DNA from: an uncultured Rickettsiales bacterium
Lineage (GTDB): Bacteria; Pseudomonadota; Alphaproteobacteria; Rickettsiales; SXRF01
Reading direction: 5' to 3'
DNA length: 64,000 nt
Assembly: GCA_964405685.1 (NCBI GenBank)
Contig: CAYOOP010000001.1
Coordinates: 334,922-398,921, forward strand
Below the pieces are notes generated by a model, which had not been told where the DNA came from, made no database searches, and saw only the letters and a program-made list of their open reading frames with translations. The translations under genes and the position numbers were made by a program. This document shows positions 9,923-21,040 of the stretch, piece by piece (within the stretch, counting starts at the first letter, position 1; every line of letters begins with the position of its first letter).

Positions 9923-10485
9923 TGCGTTTCATTTTAGCTTCCAGTTCGCCCAGGCGCCTTGAGCTACTGGCACAGGCAGGAATTGTGCCCGATGAAATTA
10001 TTGCCGCGAATATTGATGAAACTGTGAAAAAGGGCGAAGCACCGCTTGAGTATGTAAAGCGTGTGAGTCTTGAAAAAGCACAGACGATAGCTGCTAATCA
10101 CCCGGATGTGCTCGTACTTGCTGCTGATACCATGGTCGTTTGCGGCCGCAAGATTTTGGATAAAACCGAGGATGAAGCGGTCGCCCAAAAACATTTAAAA
10201 ATGCTGCAAGGCCGCCGCCATCGGGTAATTACGGTAGTGACGTTGATTTCGGGTAAAACCGTTCACACTCGCTCATCCGAAACCCGGGTACAGATGGCGC
10301 ATTTAAGCGATAACGAGATTGCGGCTTACCTCGCGAGCGGCGAATGGCGTGGCAAAGCTGGAGCGTATGCGATTCAGGGCAAGGCGGCAGCTTTCATTCC
10401 GTGGGTTAACGGTTCAATCACCAATGTGATCGGCCTGCCCCTTTCTGAAACAGTTCAGTTGCTCAAGCGCTATTTGCCGTTATGA
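9919..10485 (+). CDS. maf: Maf-like nucleoside triphosphate pyrophosphatase
   Basis: 188 aa with N-terminus [13 protein letters not shown] and C-terminal GAYAIQG. ATGA overlap with infA. Confidence 0.9.
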   Translation: MMRFILASSSPRRLELLAQAGIVPDEIIAANIDETVKKGEAPLEYVKRVSLEKAQTIAANHPDVLVLAADTMVVCGRKILDKTEDEAVAQKHLKMLQGRRHRVITVVTLISGKTVHTRSSETRVQMAHLSDNEIAAYLASGEWRGKAGAYAIQGKAAAFIPWVNGSITNVIGLPLSETVQLLKRYLPL

Positions 10486-10494
10486 TGACAGCCT

Positions 10495-12015
10495 ATGGTT
10501 GCAACTATCAACACCGTCGCGTTTGAAGGCGTACGCACGTTCGATATCGAAGTGCAGGTGCAAATCGCGCCTGGACTTCCGGCATTTACGGTCGTAGGTC
10601 TGCCCGATAAAGCGGTCACCGAATCTCGCGAACGCGTACGCTCGGCGATTCATGCGCTGGGCCTTTCCATCCCTGCCAAAAAAATCATCATTAATCTTTC
10701 GCCTGCAGACATCGTGAAAGAAGGTGCGCATTTCGATGTGCCGATTGCACTCGCTTTGCTCGTAGCCCTCGGCGCCGTCGCGCAGGATGCCTTACAGGGG
10801 TTTTATGCGATGGGTGAGCTCGCGCTCGACGGACGCATCCTTCCCGTGGCAGGCGTGCTGCCTGCCGCACTCCATGCCAACACGCAAAATAGCGGTATCA
10901 TCTGCCCGGCAGCCAATGGCCGCGAAGCGGCATGGACGGGGGTAGAACCTATCCTCGCCGCAGATTCGCTACTCGCTCTCATCAATCATTTCAAAGGTGT
11001 ACAGGTGCTCTCGTCACCGAGTGTGGATGAAACACTTTCCACCAATCACAACGTGCCGGATCTCGCCGAGGTCAAAGGCCAGTTTGCCGCGCGCCGCGCG
11101 CTGGAAATCGCCGCTGCGGGTGCGCACAACTTGCTGATGTGCGGCCCCCCCGGCGCGGGCAAATCGCTTCTTGCTGCGTGTCTACCCGGCATTTTACCCC
11201 AGCTTGATTCCGAAGAAATTTTAGAAAGCAGCATGATTGCGAGCATTGCCGGTAAGCTTGAGGGTGGGCGCTTGAGCAATGTCCGCCCTTTTCGTTCACC
11301 GCACCATTCAAGCTCCATGGCCGCCATGGTCGGCGGCGGCAAGCGCGCCCTGCCGGGTGAAATTTCACTCGCACATCACGGCATTTTATTTTTGGATGAG
11401 CTGCCGGAATTTCCACGCGGCGTTTTAGAATCACTCCGCCAACCGCTTGAAACCGGCAACATCACCGTGGCGCGCGCCGAAGCGCATGTCACCTACCCTG
11501 CCCGGTTTCAACTCATTGCGGCCATGAACCCGTGCCGCTGTGGATTTTTAACCGACCCGGCACGGGCCTGCAGCAAAGCACCGCGTTGTGGTACCGACTA
11601 TCAATCCAAACTTTCCGGGCCGCTGCTTGATCGCATTGATCTGACCATTGATGTGCCGGAAGTGTTGCCCAAAGATGTGCTGAATGCGCCCGCGGGTGAG
11701 CCATCCTCCGAGGTTAGGAAGCGTGTTGTCGCCGCGCGCTCTTTGCAAAAACAACGCTATGCATCACTCGATATCCGCACCAATGCGGAGCTAAACGGCG
11801 ATATGCTGAAAAAATTGACCGAGCTTGACACCAAAGGCAATGCGCTCATTGAACAGGCGTTCGACCGGTTCCGTCTTTCTATGCGCGGCTATACCCGCGT
11901 GCTGCGCGTCGCCCGCACGATTGCAGATTTAGAAGGTGCGGAGACGATTGCCTCCAACCATCTCGCCGAAGCGCTTTCTTATAGGCAAATTGAACCGCAA
12001 TTAATGGCAGCCTAA
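10495..12015 (+). CDS. comM: YifB/ComM family Mg-chelatase-like AAA ATPase
   Basis: 506 aa. N-terminal Lon-protease-like domain, Walker A GPPGAGKS, GILFLDELPEF Walker B, and a C-terminal Mg-chelatase subunit ChlI-like region. Confidence 0.9.
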   Translation: MVATINTVAFEGVRTFDIEVQVQIAPGLPAFTVVGLPDKAVTESRERVRSAIHALGLSIPAKKIIINLSPADIVKEGAHFDVPIALALLVALGAVAQDALQGFYAMGELALDGRILPVAGVLPAALHANTQNSGIICPAANGREAAWTGVEPILAADSLLALINHFKGVQVLSSPSVDETLSTNHNVPDLAEVKGQFAARRALEIAAAGAHNLLMCGPPGAGKSLLAACLPGILPQLDSEEILESSMIASIAGKLEGGRLSNVRPFRSPHHSSSMAAMVGGGKRALPGEISLAHHGILFLDELPEFPRGVLESLRQPLETGNITVARAEAHVTYPARFQLIAAMNPCRCGFLTDPARACSKAPRCGTDYQSKLSGPLLDRIDLTIDVPEVLPKDVLNAPAGEPSSEVRKRVVAARSLQKQRYASLDIRTNAELNGDMLKKLTELDTKGNALIEQAFDRFRLSMRGYTRVLRVARTIADLEGAETIASNHLAEALSYRQIEPQLMAA

Positions 12016-12767
12016 ACAGAAGCAATCCATGTGCGCGCACCGTGCGCAAGCGTGGTTAGTTTGACACCAAAGGCGTCTTCCAATTTCCCTTGTTGCTGCA
12101 GATGCGCAACGCTTGCAAACCCAAGTGGCTGTGCACGGTTTAAGAGCAATACACGGTGGCATAGATCAGACGCGATGTTTAAATCATGCAATGAAAATAA
12201 AACTGTTTTGCCTTGCTCGGATATGGTTTTTAAACATGCGGCGATCTCGAGTTGATAGCGCAAGTCCAACCCCGAGAACGGTTCATCGAGCAATAATACT
12301 TCCGCATCGGTCGCAAGCGCCCGCGCGAGCATCACGCGTGCGAACTCACCTCCAGATAAAGTATCAACTCTGCGGTCTCGTAAATGGGTCGTGCCCGCTA
12401 GCTGCATCGCTTGCGTCACGGCGCGTTCATCGGCTTCCTGTTGTTGCGCTGTGAAAGGAAGGCGGCCCAGCTCTACCACCTCGCGTACACTAAGCGCCCA
12501 CGCCACGCTGGGGGTTTGCTCGACATAGGCTATATGTTGTGCACGTTGGTGGGGTTTTAATCGTTCAAGCGGCTGGTGTTTAAATTCCACCACGCCTTGG
12601 TAGGGCAACAAGCCTGCGAGCGCTTTTAAGAGTGAAGATTTTCCCGCACCGTTCGGGCCGATGATACCGATAATGGCACCGGCTTCCACGTCCATGTTCA
12701 CGCCATACACCAACAGCGCTACACCTTGTACAACGGAAGCATCTTGTAAGTGAAACATCGTGCTCAT
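12012..12767 (-). CDS. ABC importer ATP-binding protein, FecE/HmuV/BtuD type
   Basis: 251 aa with Walker A GPNGAGKSSLLKAL, signature LSGGEFARV and Walker B LLLDEPFSGLD. 4-nt overlap with the upstream FecCD permease. Confidence 0.85.
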   Translation of the reverse strand: MSTMFHLQDASVVQGVALLVYGVNMDVEAGAIIGIIGPNGAGKSSLLKALAGLLPYQGVVEFKHQPLERLKPHQRAQHIAYVEQTPSVAWALSVREVVELGRLPFTAQQQEADERAVTQAMQLAGTTHLRDRRVDTLSGGEFARVMLARALATDAEVLLLDEPFSGLDLRYQLEIAACLKTISEQGKTVLFSLHDLNIASDLCHRVLLLNRAQPLGFASVAHLQQQGKLEDAFGVKLTTLAHGARTWIASV

Positions 12768-13744
12768 GCGGTGAACCGATCGTTATTGGCGCGCAGTATC
12801 GCGAGCATGAACGGCACACCGATCAGGCTGATTAACACACCGAGTTTTAAATCATACCCCAGCGGGAATGCACGAATGAGGCTATCAGCCAGCAGCACGA
12901 GAATGGCACCGGTGAGTGCGCTTGGAAGCAGCAAGCGTTTGGGATCGGGGCTCATAAAGGTGCGTGCGATATGGGGTGCAACTAACCCTACAAAAGGAAT
13001 ACTGCCTGCTACCGCCACCGATGCACCGACACACAGCGCAACACCAAGCACCACCACGATCTTAAGCCGCGCGAGATTGACCCCCAGCGTGAAAGCCGTC
13101 GCTTCCCCAAGACTCAACGCTTGCAGTGCTTTGCCGGTGGTTGCAAGCATCACCATTCCTATCATAGTAAATGGCAACGCCAACAGCACATGGCTCATGC
13201 TGCGATCGGAAAGCGAGCCCATCATCCAAAAAGCAATATCCAGTGCAGCATGCGGATTAGGGGCGAGATTGAGTGCCAATGCTGCGAGCGCACTCATCAG
13301 CGATTGCAGCGCGAGACCCGCGAGAATCAGCGAAAGCGAGGCCGCACGATTGATGGCAAACACAAGTAACAAGCCGCCCGCCATTAGTGCGCCGAGCAAC
13401 CCGGCGATCGGAAGCGCAATCATCGACAGACTCGCTGCTCCGAAATAAATCACCAGCACCGCGCCAAAACTAGCGCCACCGGAAACGCCCAGGAGCGCAG
13501 GCTCGGCCAGCGGGTTACGCAGCCACCCCTGCATCACCGCACCGGCAAGCCCGAGCGAGCCACCAATCATCATTGCAAGAATGATGCGGGGAATGCGCAA
13601 CTCAACAATAATAAGACGAGCGGGAGTAGCCATGTCATGCATTAAGGCGGCAGCAATCTCAGACCACGCAAGCGGCGCATCGCCCAATCCAAGGGATACA
13701 AAAGCGAATACAAACAGCAACAGGGCCAGCAACACATTTTTCAT
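12764..13744 (-). CDS. FecCD-family ABC importer permease (iron-siderophore/heme/B12 type)
   Basis: 326 aa, polytopic. Typical FecCD features (RIPRIILAMMIGGSLGLAGAVMQ, C-terminal GVPFMLAIL). Confidence 0.85.
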   Translation of the reverse strand: MKNVLLALLLFVFAFVSLGLGDAPLAWSEIAAALMHDMATPARLIIVELRIPRIILAMMIGGSLGLAGAVMQGWLRNPLAEPALLGVSGGASFGAVLVIYFGAASLSMIALPIAGLLGALMAGGLLLVFAINRAASLSLILAGLALQSLMSALAALALNLAPNPHAALDIAFWMMGSLSDRSMSHVLLALPFTMIGMVMLATTGKALQALSLGEATAFTLGVNLARLKIVVVLGVALCVGASVAVAGSIPFVGLVAPHIARTFMSPDPKRLLLPSALTGAILVLLADSLIRAFPLGYDLKLGVLISLIGVPFMLAILRANNDRFTA

Positions 13745-13800
13745 ACATATTGGTCTATAACCAGTTCCAATTGGTTTGGCGAGCCTTGCGGGTTATTTTC

Positions 13801-13829
13801 TTGCAAATTGAAAAAGGTACCGTTAGATT
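13801..13829 (+). promoter_or_regulatory. possible sigma-70-type promoter for coxB (TTGCAA-N17-TAGATT)
   Basis: TTGCAA at 13801-13806 and TAGATT at 13824-13829, about 45 nt upstream of the coxB ATG. Confidence 0.35.
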
Positions 13830-13874
13830 CGCCTCGATTTTTCTTCTCAATCCTCCACCGGAATCTCGTTGTTT

Positions 13875-16332
<2,458 letters not shown>

Positions 16333-16338
16333 CTCTAC

Positions 16339-16441
16339 TGCGGTGGGAAATCTGCTTGTCGCCGGCACACTCGAAACTCACGTAGCAAAACTACGCTCAA
16401 GTTTCTGCGTGTGCCAGCTTCGCGCGCTTTCCTCACCGCAG
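16339..16441. repeat. 103-bp imperfect extended palindrome downstream of ctaD
   Basis: Nested pairings: CTGCGGTG/CACCGCAG, GGAAA/TTTCC, GGCACA/TGTGCC, GAAAC/GTTTC, and a central CGTAG-CAAAA-CTACG. No T-tract. Confidence 0.55.
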
Positions 16442-16467
16442 CGAGTTAACATTTAACCTGGCCTCTT

Positions 16468-16926
16468 ATGCGCATCACCATCGCTGCGATTGGCAAGTCC
16501 AAGCTGAAAGAAGAAAAGGCCTGGGGCGAGCAATACATCAAGCGTCTGCCGTGGAAAGTAGCGCTCGTAGAAATTCCTGAGAGCAAAGCGCAAGTTGTGG
16601 ATGCGCGCAAAGCCGAAGAAGCTGAACGTTTTAAGCCGTATATCGCGAAGGCGGATGTGGTAATTGCGCTCGATGAGTACGGCGATACGCCCAGTAGCAA
16701 AGCCTTCGCAAAACTCTTGGGCGATGCAGGAACAGCGGGTAATTCTCATATCCTTTTCATTATCGGTGGGGCAGATGGCCTGCATCCATCTATCCCCAAA
16801 TCCGCACACCATACGCTCGCCTTCGGTCGCATGACCTGGCCGCATTTGATGGTGCGGGTGATGCTGTTGGAACAACTCTACCGCGCCTATACGATTTTGC
16901 AGGGGCATCCTTATCATCGCGAATAG
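16468..16926 (+). CDS. rlmH: 23S rRNA (pseudouridine1915-N3)-methyltransferase
   Basis: 152 aa, SPOUT fold. N-terminus [12 protein letters not shown] and C-terminal ...[24 protein letters not shown]...GHPYHR. Confidence 0.9.
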   Translation: [152 protein letters not shown]

Positions 16927-16961
16927 TTGCGTAGGCTCGACATTTTAGATAGACCGGTTCC

Positions 16962-18515
16962 ATGAACGCTCTTTTCCCCAACCGCCCCAAACCACTTGTC
17001 CTCGCCATTTTAGACGGCTGGGGTGAACAGCCTGCCGGCCCTGATAACGCTATTGCATTGGCAAACACCCCCTGTTTTGATGCGCTAAAGCGTGATTATC
17101 CCAACACGCTGATTAACGCTTCAGAGTTGCATGTGGGTCTGCCGGAAGGACAAATGGGTAACTCCGAAGTCGGGCACATGAACATCGGTGCCGGTCGCGT
17201 GGTGATGCAGGATCTGCCGCGGATTGATGCGGCTATAAACAGCGGTGAATTAGCTAAAAACCCAGCGCTTTTAAACTATATTGCCGCTTTAAAAAAAACC
17301 GGCGGCACATGCCATGTGTTTGGCTTGCTTTCCGACGGCGGCGTGCATTCGCATATAGACCACTTCGTCTACCTTGCCAATACGGTGGCAGGTGCAGGTG
17401 TGAACGTCGCTATTCACGCATGTCTTGATGGCCGCGATACACCGCCGCAAAGCGCGCTTGGCTATCTCACAACGCTTGAGTCCAACCTAAAACCCGGCGT
17501 TACTATCGCCACCATCTCTGGCCGCTACTTCGGCATGGACCGTGACAAGCGCTATGAACGCGTTGAAAAAGCCTATGATGCGATGGTGGGTGCCAGCGCT
17601 ACTCGCTTCGCTTCCGCAAAAGCCTATGTCGAAGCGTCTTATGCCAGCGGTACCAACGACGAGTTTGTGCTGCCTGGTGCCGCGCAGGATTATACGGGCA
17701 TGAAAGACAGCGACGGGTTGTTGTGCATCAACTTCCGTGCCGATCGCGTGCGACAAATGCTTGGCGCATTGCTTGATAAAAACTTTCATGGTTTTTCGCG
17801 TAAACGCGGCGTGAAATTTGCTGCAACGCTTGGCATGTGTTCGTATTCGGAAGCTCTGGATCCGCTCATCCCTGCCTTATTTCAACCACAAGCACTTACC
17901 GATATTTTTGGCGAAATTATTGCGCGCAACGGCCTCACGCAGCTACGCATTGCCGAGACAGAAAAATACGCGCATGTGACGTTCTTCTTCAACGGCGGGA
18001 GGGAAGAACCCTTCACGGGTGAAGAGCGTATCTTGATTCAATCCCCCAAGGTTGCGACCTATGATTTAAAACCGGAGATGTCCGCTTACGAAGTCACCGA
18101 TGCGCTTGAAAAAGCAATTGGTGAGGAGCGTTTTGATGTCATTATCGTGAACTACGCCAACACCGATATGGTGGGGCATTCCGGTGATTTGCAAGCAGCG
18201 ATGAAAGCGGTGGAAGCGGTAGATCAATGCCTCGCACGCTTAAGCAAAGCCGTACTCGCAAAAAATGGAGCAATGCTGATTACTGCCGATCACGGCAATG
18301 CCGAATGCATGTACGATCATGACACCAAACAACCACATACAGCCCACACACTGCATTTGGTACCCGCGATTCTGGTTGCAAACGAGCTAAAGGGCACGCG
18401 TATGCAAGCATATGAGGGCAAGCTTGCGGATGTGGCACCGACGCTGCTCGATATCCTCGATCTACCGATTCCTGCAGTGATGAGCGGTCAATCGCTGCTG
18501 CGTTTTGTAGAATGA
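16962..18515 (+). CDS. gpmI: 2,3-bisphosphoglycerate-independent phosphoglycerate mutase
   Basis: 517 aa with LAILDGWG, MGNSEVGHMNIGAGR, and C-terminal ITADHGNAE. Confidence 0.95.
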   Translation: MNALFPNRPKPLVLAILDGWGEQPAGPDNAIALANTPCFDALKRDYPNTLINASELHVGLPEGQMGNSEVGHMNIGAGRVVMQDLPRIDAAINSGELAKNPALLNYIAALKKTGGTCHVFGLLSDGGVHSHIDHFVYLANTVAGAGVNVAIHACLDGRDTPPQSALGYLTTLESNLKPGVTIATISGRYFGMDRDKRYERVEKAYDAMVGASATRFASAKAYVEASYASGTNDEFVLPGAAQDYTGMKDSDGLLCINFRADRVRQMLGALLDKNFHGFSRKRGVKFAATLGMCSYSEALDPLIPALFQPQALTDIFGEIIARNGLTQLRIAETEKYAHVTFFFNGGREEPFTGEERILIQSPKVATYDLKPEMSAYEVTDALEKAIGEERFDVIIVNYANTDMVGHSGDLQAAMKAVEAVDQCLARLSKAVLAKNGAMLITADHGNAECMYDHDTKQPHTAHTLHLVPAILVANELKGTRMQAYEGKLADVAPTLLDILDLPIPAVMSGQSLLRFVE

Positions 18516-19645
18516 AAAAGTTTCTTCTGCTCTCCCTCTTGTGCTGTGCGCTCTCAGCCCATGCTGCCGAGCCTAAGAAGAAATTAGCGTCCACCGAAGC
18601 GTCCATGAAAGCAACCGAAAGCGAAACCAAGGCGCTTGCGGTGAAGGCAGAAACGCTGCGAAGTGAAAAACAAAAGCTGCAAAAAACCATGGTGGAGCTT
18701 GCGAGAGATTTACAGAAGAAAGAGCGTGAACTGATCGCCTCGGAACGCGAACTCGCGACACTTCGCGCCAACATCAAAGACAAAGAAAAAGCGATTGCGC
18801 AGAGGAAAAAACGCCTCTCGACCTATACGCATACGCTCCTGCGCCTAAGCGAAATGCCGCCGGAGGCGATGCTTATGATGCCCGAGCTTAACAGCGAACA
18901 TATCGAAGCCGCGACGGCCCTTAAAATGGTGACTACTGAAGTGACGCGCGAAACCCGTGCACTAGAGGATGACCTTGATGCCTTGCACGATGCCGAAAGT
19001 AAACAAGCCAAAGCAGCAGCGGCTATTAAGGGGCTCGTAAACGAACAAAAAGAGGGGCAGGCCGAACTTGCGGATAAGCTCAAAGAACGCGAAAAAGCCT
19101 ATGCCACGGTGGATGGAGCGCGAGCGGCAAAACAAGAAAGGTTGAAAGCGCTTAGCAAGCAAGCAGCCTCACTTAAAGATCTGATGGGGCGGCTGGATAG
19201 GCACGAAAAAGCCACCGCAGCGAAAGAGCCTGTGTCGACCAAGGGCGACAAAAAAGGCCCGCGCTCCTTTGCCGATGCCAAAGGTAAAATCCACGCGCCG
19301 GTGGCTGGCCGCATTGCCAAACACTTCGGCCAAGAGACCATTAAGGGGGATAAGGGCGCGGTGATTGAGACACGCGCAAATGCAACCGTCATGGCACCCT
19401 TTGACGGCGAAGTGATGTTTACCGGGCCATTTATGAATTACGGGCAATTGGTTATCATTCGCCATAAGGATGATTTTCATTCTCTGATCGCTGGCTTAGA
19501 GACGATTAATACCCGTGTCGGTGAGTTTTTATTGGAAGGAGAGCCAATTGGTGCTATGGGAGACGATGCCTCGCCGCAGCTTTATTTTGAGCTCAGGAGG
19601 GGCACACAGCCGATTGACCCTGCCGCGTGGGTCGCCGGTCTTTAA
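18512..19645 (+). CDS. envC: murein hydrolase activator EnvC-like (coiled coil + degenerate LytM/M23 domain)
   Basis: 377 aa. Signal peptide, about 200 aa of heptad-rich coiled coil, and a C-terminal LytM domain. In that domain the usual LHFE is LYFELR (His lost), as in non-catalytic EnvC. gpmI-envC-ctpA-yibQ context. Confidence 0.8.
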   Translation: MKKFLLLSLLCCALSAHAAEPKKKLASTEASMKATESETKALAVKAETLRSEKQKLQKTMVELARDLQKKERELIASERELATLRANIKDKEKAIAQRKKRLSTYTHTLLRLSEMPPEAMLMMPELNSEHIEAATALKMVTTEVTRETRALEDDLDALHDAESKQAKAAAAIKGLVNEQKEGQAELADKLKEREKAYATVDGARAAKQERLKALSKQAASLKDLMGRLDRHEKATAAKEPVSTKGDKKGPRSFADAKGKIHAPVAGRIAKHFGQETIKGDKGAVIETRANATVMAPFDGEVMFTGPFMNYGQLVIIRHKDDFHSLIAGLETINTRVGEFLLEGEPIGAMGDDASPQLYFELRRGTQPIDPAAWVAGL

Positions 19646-19669
19646 CCAAGCGGCTTAAAGTTTTGCACT

Positions 19670-21040
19670 ATGAAATCACGTTTTTTCGTTGCTGTTGCCC
19701 TGTTCCTTTTGGTTGGCGTTTATGCTGCCTCTGCCGCTGAACCAGATAAAAACACCTACCAACTCCTGCGCCTGTTTGGCGATGTATTTGAGCGCGTGCG
19801 TTCGGACTATGTGGAAGAACCCAAAGACGATGAATTGGTAGAAGCAGCCATCAACGGCATGCTTTCATCGCTCGACCCACATTCGAGCTATATGAACGAA
19901 AAAGAATTCAAAGAAATGCAAGTGCAGACCAAGGGTGAATTTGGCGGCCTTGGCATTGAAGTGACGATGGAAAACGGTTTGGTGAAAGTGGTCTCTCCCA
20001 TTGACGATACGCCTGCGGCCAAAGCCGGTGTCAAACCTGCCGATTTTATTACGTTTATCGATGATGAGCCCGTGCTCGGAATGACGCTTTCGGAAGCGGT
20101 GGATAAAATGCGCGGGCCGGTGGACACCAAAGTGAAACTCACGATTTTGCGCGAAGATACACCGGAGCCTGTAGAGCTCACCCTGCAACGCGCAGTGATT
20201 AAAATTAAATCCGTGCGCGGTCGCGCCGAGGGCGATGTCGCGTATTTACGCATTACCTCTTTCACCGAAACGACGACCGATTTACTCAAAAGCGAATCCG
20301 AGCGTTTGAAAAAAGAAATTGGCAATGTCCGCGGTGTGGTACTGGATTTGCGCAACAACCCTGGCGGGCTTCTCGACCAGGCTGTGTCGGTGTCGGATGC
20401 ATTTTTGAAGCAAGGTGAGGTGGTTTCCACCCGCGAACGCGACCCGAAAAACACGCGGCGCTATACGGCTAAAACCGGGGATGAAATTTTCCCCGAAACT
20501 ACGCCCGTGGTGATCCTAATCAACAACGGCTCAGCGTCGGCGTCCGAGATTGTGGCCGGGGCGCTCCAAGACCATAAACGCGCGGTGGCGCTTGGGATTA
20601 AAAGTTTCGGCAAGGGGTCCGTGCAAAACGTAATTCCGATTCCAGAACACGGTGCGATTCGTCTCACCACCGCGCGCTATTATACACCGTCGGGCCATTC
20701 GATTCAGGCCAAAGGCATTACGCCCGATATCGTCGTTGAACCCGCAAAAATCGAGCTGATTAAGCCAGAGCGTACGCGCTTAGAAGCGGATCTGCGCCGC
20801 CGCTTGACCAATCTCGAAGAAGAGAAAAAACAGCAGGCGGAAAAAGCCAAGGCGAAAGAAAAGCCCAAAGCCAAAGACAGCAAGGATAAAGATAAGGATA
20901 AAGATAAGGACAAAGATCAAGACAAGGACGATGACAAACCAAAAGAAAGCGAAGGCGCGAGTGATTTCCAACTGCAGCGCGCGCTGGATCTAATCCGTGC
21001 CCTGGGTGTGTATGAGTCGCAACTTGCCCCTGATAAATAA
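19670..21040 (+). CDS. ctpA: carboxy-terminal processing protease (S41), with KD-repeat tail
   Basis: 456 aa. Signal peptide, PDZ region (GGLGIEV...), catalytic GSASASEI and the Lys region SFGKGSVQ. Low-complexity C-terminus KDSKDKDKDKDKDKDQDKDDDK. Confidence 0.92.
   Translation: MKSRFFVAVALFLLVGVYAASAAEPDKNTYQLLRLFGDVFERVRSDYVEEPKDDELVEAAINGMLSSLDPHSSYMNEKEFKEMQVQTKGEFGGLGIEVTMENGLVKVVSPIDDTPAAKAGVKPADFITFIDDEPVLGMTLSEAVDKMRGPVDTKVKLTILREDTPEPVELTLQRAVIKIKSVRGRAEGDVAYLRITSFTETTTDLLKSESERLKKEIGNVRGVVLDLRNNPGGLLDQAVSVSDAFLKQGEVVSTRERDPKNTRRYTAKTGDEIFPETTPVVILINNGSASASEIVAGALQDHKRAVALGIKSFGKGSVQNVIPIPEHGAIRLTTARYYTPSGHSIQAKGITPDIVVEPAKIELIKPERTRLEADLRRRLTNLEEEKKQQAEKAKAKEKPKAKDSKDKDKDKDKDKDQDKDDDKPKESEGASDFQLQRALDLIRALGVYESQLAPDK
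20873..20938 (+). repeat. in-frame (GAYAAR)n hexanucleotide repeat encoding the (KD)n tail of CtpA
   Basis: GATAAAGATAAG occurs as two perfect copies plus degenerate copies. It encodes KDSKDKDKDKDKDKDQDKDDDK. Confidence 0.8.

Noticed and set aside
12750-13448. A 232-aa plus-strand ORF antisense to the FecCD permease. Similar long antisense ORFs occur opposite murA (48535-49161), purD, gdhB, ctpA and the PilMN-like gene.
   Set aside because: All lie opposite genes with unmistakable family motifs, have Ala/Arg/Ser-rich translations, and lack SD or start context. They are GC-rich shadow frames.
13745-13868. A possible cobalamin riboswitch upstream of the BtuC/FecCD-like permease.
   Set aside because: I read the minus strand by hand. 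The region is only 124 nt, has no B12-box-like sequence and none of the conserved GGTGAAAATCC / GCCACTG-type elements. It is more likely just the divergent coxB and permease promoters.
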